From Jimgerdemannia flammicorona (lineage: Eukaryota), in assembly GCA_003990765.1 (NCBI GenBank), contig RBNJ01000002.1:60218-80217 (forward strand): DNA of 20,000 nt. Direction: 5' to 3'. This document shows, piece by piece, positions 10,392 to 20,000 of this stretch. Under the pieces are notes generated by a model, which made no database searches, was not told where the DNA came from, and saw only the letters and a program-made list of their open reading frames with translations. A program made the translations under genes and the position numbers. The stretch's first letter is position 1. Every line of letters starts with the position of its first letter.

Positions 10392-11070
10392 GCTTAAAAG
10401 TGAGAGATTTATCTTAAATTACTGATTAATAGATACTAAGTTATAATATAGTAGATACTTAATCTTAGAAATATAGCAGATTTTTTTATCTTAAATATTT
10501 AACTTTTTAGAGTTCTCAGAAATATAAGAGTGAGTAAGTTCAAAGTATATATATTTGTCTGTAGACTTACTAGTTCTCTTATCTCTTTACTTTGAACTAT
10601 TGAGATTTATTTACTCTATATAGATACTTGAAATATTTATATAAGTTTGCTAACTATATAGTAACTAAGTTAGAACTTCTTTTTCTATAAGTTATTTCTT
10701 ATAATTGTGAAATCTATATCTGTATAATTCTTATAATTGTGAGTTTTGCACAAGTACAATTATATAAATCATATAATTGTGAGATCAGATAACTACTAAC
10801 TATAATACTATATATATTATATCAGAAATTAGATTCAGGTACTGTAATCAAATATCTATTCTTCTGATTCTTGTTCCTAATTTGGATCAACTGTCACACT
10901 AGTAAATAATATATATTTAAAAATTTTACTAATTTAAGTATTTATAATATATATATTGATTAGATATTTTTTATAATAATTATTATATAACTATTAATAT
11001 ATAATATACATTTCAAATATAAATAAATAAAATAATATTTACTTATAATATTTATGTATTATTATAAACT
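10392..11070. other. Very AT-rich degenerate DNA with short repeated TATAATTGTGA motifs
   Basis: No CG seen until ~11072. TATAATTGTGA at ~10700, ~10732 and ~10772, plus inverted ACAATTATA at ~10757. 10900-11065 is almost pure A/T. Confidence 0.55.
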
Positions 11071-11144
11071 GCGTGCTGTGGTTTCTTTGAGATTTGAAAG
11101 TAGAGTTGATATTGTTCATGATAGGATTTGGAATAGGAGAATTG

Positions 11145-11363
11145 GATGATGATGACCCAGAATGGCGATGATGAAATAACGATAATGGAATGGTGATAAT
11201 CCCAGAATGGCAATGACAGACTAAATATAAATGATGACCCAGAATAGCGATGACAAACTAAGTGCAGAACAGCAATACTAACGATGACAGACTATGAATG
11301 ACGACTTGATGACGATGACAATGACGGACTATGAATGACAACTTGATGATGATGACAATGACG
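11145..11363 (+). repeat. GAT/GAC-rich low-complexity repeats including a 37-bp tandem duplication
   Basis: Recurring ATGACCCAGAAT(G/A)GCGATGA-like units; GACTATGAATGAC(G/A)ACTTGATGA(C/T)GATGACAATGACG at 11290-11326 and 11327-11363. Confidence 0.8.
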
Positions 11364-11407
11364 GAATAAGTTGAACAGAGGTGGGGTCAGTGACAGGGAA
11401 TAGATAA

Positions 11408-11816
11408 CTGGAATGCGGTGAGCTGGAAAGCTGGAATGCGACGAGCTGGAATGCGACGAGCTGGAATGCGACGAGCTGGAATGCGGCGAGCTGGAATGCG
11501 ACGAGCTGGAATGCGGCGAGCTGGAATGCGGCGAGCTGGAATGCGGCGAGCTGGAATGCGGCGAGCTGGAATGCGACGAGCTGGAATGCAAGAGATCGAG
11601 CAGCGAGTTGCAAGGCTAATACTTACGAAATTGCTGGAATGCAGCGAGCTGGAATGCGGCGAATATGGCGAGCTGGAATGCGGCGAATACGGCGAGCTGG
11701 AATGCGGCAGCTGGAATGCGGCGGCGAGCTGGAATGCGGTGAGCTGGAATACGGCGAGCTGGAATGTGGCGAGCTGGAATGCGGCGAGCTGGAATGCGGT
11801 GGGCTGGAATACGGCA
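11408..11816 (+). repeat. 15-bp minisatellite CTGGAATGCG(A/G)CGAG in two blocks
   Basis: Ten contiguous near-perfect units at 11431-11580 plus partial flanking units. Second, more variable block at ~11633-11816 with 12-, 15-, 18- and 24-bp variants. No unique spacers. Confidence 0.95.
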
Positions 11817-12359
11817 GTAGCCAGGGTTGATAGAATAGCTTATTAAAGGGATCAGATTTCATTTGCACATTGAAATTTTGTCCACCAATTATGTCATTTT
11901 CAACTTTGAGCGCACGTCCAGGGTTAGGAGGTCCAATTTTAGTGACTCACTCTTTTACACCATTACAGATAACGAACGAAGGTGTGACGTCGTATTTGTT
12001 AACACAACAAGTACCAACCTAGTAGGTGCGGAGATCTGTCAGTATAGCAATAAGCAAGATTGTGAATCTAGCTGAATCTAGCGACATTCAATTTTGAAAT
12101 AGGTAAGGTGGATGACCGACAATCAGTTAAAACATTTAATGTTATTGGTCAATTTGATCAGCTAAACTGAAAGAAGTATCGAGTTGAAAATGGAAAGAGT
12201 CTGTGACATCAACATTATCATCCAACAGATTTGGAATAATACCTGATGACGCACTTGTCCAAAAATAAAATTCCGTCTTAACTTTGAACGCATCTAATAT
12301 GACCCGTCAGGCGATCAAACCCTCCGTTCTCTGTCATCTTGTCCAAACCTCCCTCCAAG

Positions 12360-13529
12360 ATGTCTCTCGAAAATGGCAAAAAATCCGACGAGTGAGTGTG
12401 CCTTTTTATCGGTTTTGTGCAAATCCCACGCGCCCTGATATTCGCCAATTCTCACCACCCAACAGAGACATCCGCGAACACGGTTTCATCTCCAAACGCT
12501 CCAAAATTCACATCGTTCTCTCCGGAAGTGAGACTGAGGAAGAAGCTCGCGCCGCTGAGTTTCTCCCCGTTATCCCTCCGTTCCCGGCAAAGACCATGAG
12601 CTTCCACGAGGAGCGCCTCCGTCGCAAGCATATGCTCGCCGCTGGGTTCAGGCTGTTTGCCAAGTTTGGATTTGATACAGGTACGTGCGAAGGCATCTAG
12701 AAGAAGCCTCGCCATAGAATCAGATCAGCAATTTTTTCTTGTCCATGGAACGCCTTGAATGTTGCTTACGCGATTTCGCACGCCCTCTCCACACAGGTGT
12801 TGCCGGCCACATGACCTGCCGCGATCCCGAGTTTCCCGAGCTCTTCTGGGTGAACCCCTTCGGCATGTATTTTGGTCATATCAAGGCCTCTGACCTCGTC
12901 CTGGTCGACCACGAAGGTGAGCTCGCCCGCGGGACCTGCGCCGTGAACAAGGCCGCCTTTGCCATCCACTCGCAGGTTCATGCGGCGAGGCCAGACGCCA
13001 TTTGTGCGTGCCACAGGTATGTTTTAACTTCCTTTCGGGTTTTCCGTTTCCGGATCCTGATTCTCACAAACACCTTCTCCCAACCACCAGCCACTCCATG
13101 TACGGCAAGGCCTTTTCCTCGCTCGGCCGCCTCCTCCTCCCCATTACGCAAGACGCCTGTGCCTTCTACGAATCGCACGCGCTCTTTGACGACTACGCGG
13201 GAGTGGTGTACTCGACGGACGAGGGGGCGCGGATTGCCAAGGCGCTGGGCCCGACGAACAAGGCGGTGATCCTGCGTAACCACGGGCTGTTGACGGTGGG
13301 CACGACGGTGGCCTCGGCCATCTGGTGGTTCGTCTCCATGGAGCGGTGCGCCCAGGCCCAGCTGATCGCCGAGCAGGCTGCCATCAACGGCCACAAAGAC
13401 CTCATCACCATCGATCATGACATGGCCAGGGCCGCCCACGATATCATCGGTGTCGAGCAGACGGGACAGTTCAGCTTCCAGCCCATGTATCAGATGATTG
13501 TGAGGGACCAACCAGATTGCTTGGAGTAG
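12360..13529 (+). CDS. Class II aldolase/adducin N-terminal domain protein (mug14/NovR-like subfamily), 301 aa, 4 exons
   Basis: Exons 12360-12391, 12466-12680, 12797-13016, 13091-13529, all GT-AG, total 906 nt in frame. Motifs: [61 protein letters not shown], metal-binding CHSHS and ILRNHGLLTVG. Confidence 0.93.
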
Positions 13530-13786
13530 AGGGCTTTCTAATCTTTGAGATATTCAAGTCCTCCTTGTACATATTATTCTCGTCCAGACCTTAGCGATTT
13601 CGTAAGTCGCTTTCAAAGAAGCTAATAAAATTATATAGTAACTAACGCAAATACCTAAGATTCAACAAAGGTTCATCCAATAGAGACACAAAGTCCGTGG
13701 AAGCGTTTGTCTACGTCATCAAGTTCTAAATCAAAACAAAACCATTTCGAATTACCCTTCAACGCCTCCCACTCCAGTCACCAGCA

Positions 13787-15389
13787 ATGTCCGACAAACG
13801 GAAAGACCCGCCCTCCGCTGTGAGCACTGTCGTCAAGCGCCAGCGACAGGAAGACGATCAGCCCGCTGCTTCAACTGCCCTTACAACAATAAATGCTCCC
13901 GGCTCTTCCGCCGTGAGCATTGTCGGAACGGTACGCCATTCGAGTCTTTCCACCCCCTATTGGCCTGTTGAGGTCGACCAATTCATGACCAAATAATGTC
14001 TTCCTGATGGTTTTGCAGATCAAGCGGACATCGGGCCTTCAAGCTCCCATCATGTTGCTTTCCGGCCACGGGGTATGCCGTATTTCTTGTCTGTGCATTG
14101 TTGATTCTGAAATCTACCGCGCTTACGGCTCCCTTTTAACTGTTTTCTCTCCTCAGGGCGACGTCTTCTCTTGCAGGTTTGATCCCAGCGGCCAACACAT
14201 TGCCTCGGCTGGCTTTGATCGACAAATTCGTACGTTTTCGAAAATTTTAACTGTAATTGAATACACTGCATTTTCTCGCTCCAAAATTAAAAATAATATG
14301 AAAATCCTGGCCGCGGTAGTGTTATGGAACACCTACGGCGATTGCGTTAACTACGGCCTAATCAAGGGACACACAGGCTCCATCATGGAACTCAACTGGT
14401 CTCGTGATGGCAGGTATAATTCAACTCGATATTCATTCCTATTTTTTTGACCGTATTTCATATGCTCGAATATTCATCATTTCGCACAATTTTGGAAAAT
14501 TTTCTGTAGTCACATCTTTACCTGCTCGACGGACAAGACCCTGGGCCTCTGGGACGTCGTCACGGGTCAGCGTGTCAAGAAGTTCAAGGGACACACCTCG
14601 TTCGTGAACAGCTGTTCACCGGCAAGGAGGGGCCCCGAGATCTTGGTGAGCGGAGGAGATGATGGATGTATCAAGGTATGACGTCCCTGAGGTCTGGTAC
14701 GAGGTGGAAGGCTGAATTGGTATGCTTTGAATTGAATCCTGATGTTTTTCTGACAACCCTGTCTTGTACATCCTCTCCTTTCTTATAACCAAATCCAAAG
14801 CTCTGGGACCAGCGCGAGAAGAATGCAGTTGACACGTTCCAAAACAGATACCAGATCACAGCGGTTTGTTTCAGCGACGCCGGGGACATCGTGTTCGCGG
14901 GCGGGATCGACAACGAGATCAAGGTATCCTTTCGCTATCTGTTGCCCCGTCGATCTTCACCTTATGTACCTGTGGTCCGCGTGTTGCCAATATGCATTCG
15001 ATATCCAATTTTTACAGGCGTGGGATTTGCGCAAGAAGGACGTCGTGTACTCGCTCAAGGACCATTTGGATACCATATCGGGTATCAGGCTGAGTCCCGA
15101 CGGGTCGCTCTTATTGAGCGATGCGATGGATAATACCCGTATGTGATAACATTGTTTTTTTGTGGTGGGATTTCGGGGGGCTTTTGGCATCAGCGATGTG
15201 GGTGGGAATATCGGTAATTGACGTAAGCTTTCAATATCTATTTATTCGTCACAGTGCGGATTTGGGACGTAAAGCCCTTCGCACCAGCCAACCGGTGCAT
15301 GAAGGTATTTGAAGGTTAGCAAAACCATCTCGTTCTTTTTGCGATTTTCGTCTCGATGCTGCCAAGTTCTGACCTCCACGGGCTTCCTC

Positions 15390-15425
<36 letters not shown>

Positions 15426-15685
15426 GAAATTCTACAGGCGCCCCCCACGGCTTCGAGAAGAATCTTATCCGTCCCACCTGGTCTCCCGACGGAACGCAAA
15501 TCGCCGCCGGCTCCGGCGATCGCACTGTGGTGGTGTGGGATGTGCCATCGCGGAGGATTCTATATAAACTGCCTGGGCACAAGGGATGTGTCAACGACGT
15601 GGATTTTCATCCGCGCGAGCCCATTTTGGTATCGGGCAGCACGGATCACATGCTGTTTTTGGGGGAGATTAATCCGTCAAAGTAG
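13787..15685 (+). CDS. SNRNP40: U5 snRNP 40 kDa WD40-repeat protein (SNRNP40/WDR57; fission yeast Spf38/Cwf17), 360 aa, 9 exons
   Basis: Exons 13787-13930, 14019-14072, 14157-14229, 14320-14413, 14510-14675, 14801-14923, 15018-15138, 15255-15314, 15438-15685, total 1083 nt in frame, all GT-AG. Diagnostic RTSGLQAPIMLLSGH, LWNTYGDCVNY, HGFEKNL, RRILYKLPGHKGCVNDVDFHPREPI. Confidence 0.95.
15394..15424 (+). repeat. Intronic poly-T tract (similar tracts at ~18723-18754 and ~19353-19367)
   Basis: Homopolymer T runs just upstream of 3' splice AG sites in SNRNP40 intron 8 and in GTPase introns. Confidence 0.85.
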
Positions 15686-16041
15686 CGACGAAGGCGTATG
15701 TATGTGGCGGTTGTGTGGTTGAGTTCGATGTAGATGGCGGTGTTTAGACGAGGTATTGGGGGGAGGAACTTGACGTTTCGCTACCTGCGACAGGTTCTCA
15801 AAATTTATATCTTGCCATTTGGGTCCACTGTTGCCTCGATTCGTTTGCTGATAATCAGTTCTCTGTACATTATAAATGAGTGGACGAAGAATTCCGGAGG
15901 GATACGACTACACATTTAGCTATGATGTTCCGCCTTCCCTTGATGCCACTGGGGACGATAGGAGAAATGAAATTATGATTGTGGCGTAGGTAGTTTGCAA
16001 TGGGCTGGTTGACGGTGGAGGCAGTTGCATTGGCAGAGGAG

Positions 16042-16063
16042 AAAAAAAAAAAAAAAAAAAAAA
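16042..16063 (+). repeat. Intergenic poly(A) tract (22 nt)
   Basis: Homopolymer run; no flanking TSD found. Confidence 0.8.
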
Positions 16064-16787
16064 AGGATTAATCAATGCAACCGGAGTTTTAGCTCACTGA
16101 TCCACTTGTTCGGTTTCTCCATGAAACCCACCGCAAATGTTGGTTCGCACCGCAGACATCATTCAACCCCACGGTTTTTATCGGATCTCTTTCATTTCAC
16201 AATCGTTATAGTCGCTTGTGGCCGAGTTCTGCGCATCTGCGAGCGCATCTGCGAGCGCGACAAGTCCAGGATGTCATGGTTTATGGTTTCAGTCAGCAAT
16301 GTGTTTAGTGACATATAATATCTTACAAATATTCATCGTGCATCACAGTGAGTGATGGGTAAAGCAAACGGCTGATATATTGTCGGAAAATAAGGAAATG
16401 ATGACGGTGTGTGTAAATGCAGATAATAGGATCTTCACAATCAGCATACTAATTGATGGCCTCAGTTACTGATGGATGGATGGATGGTCTGCTACTCACC
16501 GCCTCATAAAGCCCAATATGACGGTGATTAAATCCTCAATATAATTATTTCAACAGGTCCTTGTATCAATAATACGCAGATCACCGTTTGCCAAGCTTTG
16601 GACTGTGATCACCTGCATGGGATGGGCTCTACATCCCATTTAAATTACTTTTTGAGTCTATTAGCCCAATACATCGAATTGGATTGGAGCTTAATATAAA
16701 GATTAGTCAGATGGTTCACTATCGAGAGAGGAATAAGAGGAAAACGGGGACTATAGCTTCGTTCTTTCCTTAAACAATTGCAACAAA

Positions 16788-18719
16788 ATGCTCAATAGCG
16801 AAGGGGTGAGCTGACCGACAGCCACGAGAAATCTATTGACCTACCTATTTTTCGTGAGAACATCGCTTCCTTCTTACCGACTCTTTTATCCTGCATTCTG
16901 GCAAACCTCCGCATGTAGGTCAATGGCGACCTTCCTCCACTTACGCCAATGACTGTAGAAAAATATACGGTCGCGTTGCGAGGTCATCTTAAGAAAATCG
17001 ACGAAGCGATCGAAAAGCACCGATTCGCGTCGAAGAATAGATCAAAACAGTTTCGTGAGGCGGTCCAGGAAATCATCGGGAGATTGCACCTCGGCAAAGT
17101 CGAAATTGCCGTTGTCGGAGATGCCGGGGCAGGTAAGATGTACCGCCGCATTCCATACGTTTCACGCATTGTATCTGATTTGCCGTCGCCTTTTCTCGAG
17201 TGCAGGGAAGACGTCCTTGTTCAACGCCCTTCTTGACATTGAGCACTTCATGCCAACCAGCAATGGAGGGTACGTATGTCCAAGATGATGATTATTTACG
17301 CCGGGGTGAGGTGTTCTTCTCTTGGGCCTTGGCGTCCTCCCAAAACTCAGCCACGAGCAACCTCACGACCTTGATGTGCCCAGTCTGCACGGTTTGATGA
17401 AGCGGCATTCATCTGTCGTTTGCTTTGATAATAATACCAACTGTCTCTGTTTAATTTGTTTGTTTCTTATGCGATCTCAGGGCCTGCACTTCTTCAGTGA
17501 ATGTGATTTCCTACAACTGTGAAGACTCCAGCTTTGTTTGCGATCTGAAATATAAGTCGAAAGAAGAATGGGAAAAAGAATTGGAATTGTACTTCGATTT
17601 TCTAAAAGACGAATGTGGCAATATTGTTAAGTCATTGGAAGATTCAGATCAAAGTATGCATAGTTGATATTTTGCCCCCTGATATCATTGAAACGACGTT
17701 GCTAACCACCCACAACATAAACATTTTCCCATCACCACTATATAGAGGACTCTGCTTCAAAATTGCGGACAGTCTTTGGACTTCCGTCGGATCACACAAC
17801 ATGGGTATTTGAACAGCTGCGTAAGGATGAACGTGTGAATGAATTGCTCGGTAGAACAAATTCTTCTATGAGAAAAAAAGCGCGCTTGTTTTCCACCACG
17901 CTAAAGCAAACATTGAAGGCCCCGGTAATTAAAGTACGTATTCTGAATCAGCTTAGAATAATGCAGACGTATTGCTCACGAAAAACATAATCGGATTTCG
18001 TTCCTAGGACCCCACTCGTGATTATACTCTGCTTATAAAAGAGGTCCATATCCGAGGGCCTTTCGAAATTCTGCGTTCCGGAGCCATACTTGTTGATTTG
18101 CCTGGTGTTGGGACCACGGACGCCATTACTTCGGCTGTTACCTGCAACTATCTGAAGTCTGCTAAAGCTTTCTGGGTTGTGCATGATATCTTGAGGTATA
18201 CTTACAAGGCTTAAAAAGCGAAGATGTGGCTCTTTTCAATCTCGGAACTGACTTTTTTTTTTGTTTAATTTACAGGGCGGCAGATAATCAAAATGCGCGA
18301 AATCAACTTAAAGAGAGTTTTAGACGAAGGGTGAGAATTTTCATTATCGAGCCCTGTAATGCTCTCCTCTGTCCTCCCCTTCACCTCCTCTTCTCTTTTG
18401 TTGAATGGAGATGGAAAGCAATCAATTCTCATGCAATGTCTATTATACCTGTATGTTTAAGGTGTTCATGGACAATCAATTACGGTCGGTCGCTTTCGTG
18501 TGCACAAAAACGGACCAGTGTGAGCCTGATGCCGATGATGTCCAGTTAGACTCGGATCAAGAGGATGATGACATGAGCTGCGATGAGAATAGCTCTACGG
18601 AGGATAATGGAGAATACCTGGCAAGGATTGCGAATGCAAGAAATATTTCAACAGTTCAAAAGATTAGGGATAATTTCAGAGCGATTCAACAAGGTACGTT
18701 TTTGTGCTTTGTCACTAAG

Positions 18720-18754
<35 letters not shown>

Positions 18755-20000
18755 CATTACAGAGGTGTTGGAGGGCAAACAACAGCCGTTTGACGATGAG
18801 GAACTGCATGTCTCGTGTGTCAGTTCGCGAGATTACTTTTCTCTCCGTAATAAAAACAGGTGACTCGTCAAAGAGAGGGATGTCTATGTTGCAAGTTTTG
18901 AAAGATACCATTCTTACAATTTACCATCTCATAATCTAGGAAACCTCGCAGGCCACCGACTTTCACTGACATTCAAGACACCGGAATAATTCAGCTTCGA
19001 GAATTTATTGGACGACAGACAGAAAATCGCGTTAGAATCATTTTCAACATTCTCCGTCAGGATGAACAAATCCTTCAAACCATGTTGAACTACATCGCCT
19101 TCAACAGGAAGCTTGGACTTGACAGTGAATATCGGCGCTCCTTGCAAACTGCCTATCAAGAGTCCCTTAGTGAGTTCCAGGCCAGCATTAAAGCCTTGAT
19201 GGCACAGAAACTCGACGCTATGAATGAAATCTTCGACAAGTTTCAGGAGAGCTTGATCGAACCGGTCGCCACAGCTCAAAGAGAAAGTTTACGTAATATA
19301 ATCCAGGAGAGCGACAAGGTATCGATAATTTTATGATCTTACACTTGACGCATTTTTTTTTTTTTTTAATACTGCAGTCAATAATCATTTTTTATACACC
19401 AAAGTTGAGATGGAATACATTCAAAGCGGGTACGTTTAACTAGTAATGATAATATTCTTTGAGGAGTTTTGATGTGCTCATAGCCGGAATAATGAATATC
19501 ACTCCAGTTTGCCGCAATAATGGCAAGTACGAAAGCAAAATAGGAGGCGAGGAAGGAGGCATACGCGTAATCGACTTTAACAATGTACGTACATAAGCGG
19601 TACATGCCCGTTCTTGCATGTTGATCACATTGTAATTCCCCTTTTGACCTCTGACTACAGGCTCTGGCTCGACCGCTGCTGGTAATGATATTGTTTCATT
19701 ATCGCTTTGATCGTCAATGTCAAAAATCCTCATCCATCTCCCTCTCTCTCTCACTATTCAGAATAAGCTCGCTAATCGTTGGTTCTCAAACACAATATGG
19801 AAGTTCCTAAAAGCCTTCAAGCAATTGAGTAAAGAGACGACGCAAGTATTTGAAGATGGATTAAAAAAGATTGGCGCCAAAATTCGGGCTGAGGATGTCC
19901 CTGAAGAATGCCTTCAGGACTTGAAAAGTCAATTCTCAAAGGTTGTCATCGAGGAGGTAATGATTTTTATTTTTATTTTATTTTATTTATTATTATTTGG
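16788..20000 (+). CDS. Nuclear GTPase SLIP-GC (NUGGC)-like dynamin-family GTPase, 3'-incomplete
   Basis: Predicted exons 16788-16805 (start exon less certain), 16919-17132, 17206-17269, 17481-17653, 17746-17933, 18008-18195, 18276-18330, 18462-18693, 18763-18859, 18940-19318, 19378-19429, 19508-19584, 19661-19681, 19762-19956; all GT-AG and in frame. G1 GDAGAGKTSLFNALL, G2 PTSNGGACTS, EEWEKEL, G3 LVDLPG, RAAD, G4 FVCTKTD, VSSRDY, DTGI, WNTFKAVCRNNG, DFNNALARP. Confidence 0.85.

Noticed and set aside
11408-11816. CRISPR array, or real proteins from the repeat ORFs (MRRAG, HSSSP, FQLAA repeats)
   Set aside because: Units are head-to-tail with no unique spacers, no cas genes, eukaryotic context. 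The ORFs arise because a 15-bp unit lacks stops in several frames.
12284-12700. ORF-track start for the aldolase at 12284 (or ATG 12373)
   Set aside because: ATG 12360 with a GTGAGT...CAG intron (12392-12465) gives the correct phase with consensus splice sites; 12284 is a TTG reading through the intron.
12978-13511. 177-aa minus-strand ORF and other ORFs overlapping the three genes
   Set aside because: Antisense or alternative-frame shadows of GC-rich exons; no independent motifs.
11985-13720. CRE-like motifs (TGACGTC ~11985, TGACGCA ~12247, ACGTCA ~13713) as regulatory sites
   Set aside because: Short motifs with no conservation or expression evidence available.
15734-16318. Small intergenic ORFs and the A22 tract as a gene or retrocopy tail
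   Set aside because: No recognisable domain, poly-Lys derives from the homopolymer, and no TSD was found.
16617-16639. 8-bp stem hairpin ATGGGATG...CATCCCAT as a Helitron end or terminator
   Set aside because: No CTRR terminus at the expected distance; short stems occur by chance.

Overview
Eukaryotic, intron-rich fungal DNA; a Mucoromycota-like origin is inferred from gene style and long poly-T intron tracts, not proven. The window has two sharply separated compartments. Bases ~1-11070 form a nearly CpG-free, TpA-rich transposon graveyard. It holds a 450-bp hAT-type foldback MITE with an 8-bp TSD, a 5'-only fragment of an L1/Tx1-like LINE, a near full-length dead L1/Tx1-like LINE (minus strand; ORF1 plus APE-RT-CCHC ORF2), and a 1.2-kb poly(A)-tailed retro-insertion with a 15-bp TSD whose coding-like strand is antisense to its tail. 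A CpG-rich 15-bp minisatellite marks the border. Bases ~12300-20000 hold three intact spliced + strand genes: a class II aldolase/adducin-family protein (4 exons, 301 aa), U5 snRNP 40-kDa WD40 protein SNRNP40 (9 exons, 360 aa), and a NUGGC/SLIP-GC-like dynamin-family GTPase (at least 14 exons, runs off the window). The most notable signals are a RIP-like hypermutation that appears to spare CpG in TCG/CGA context, and the antisense-coding retro-insertion.
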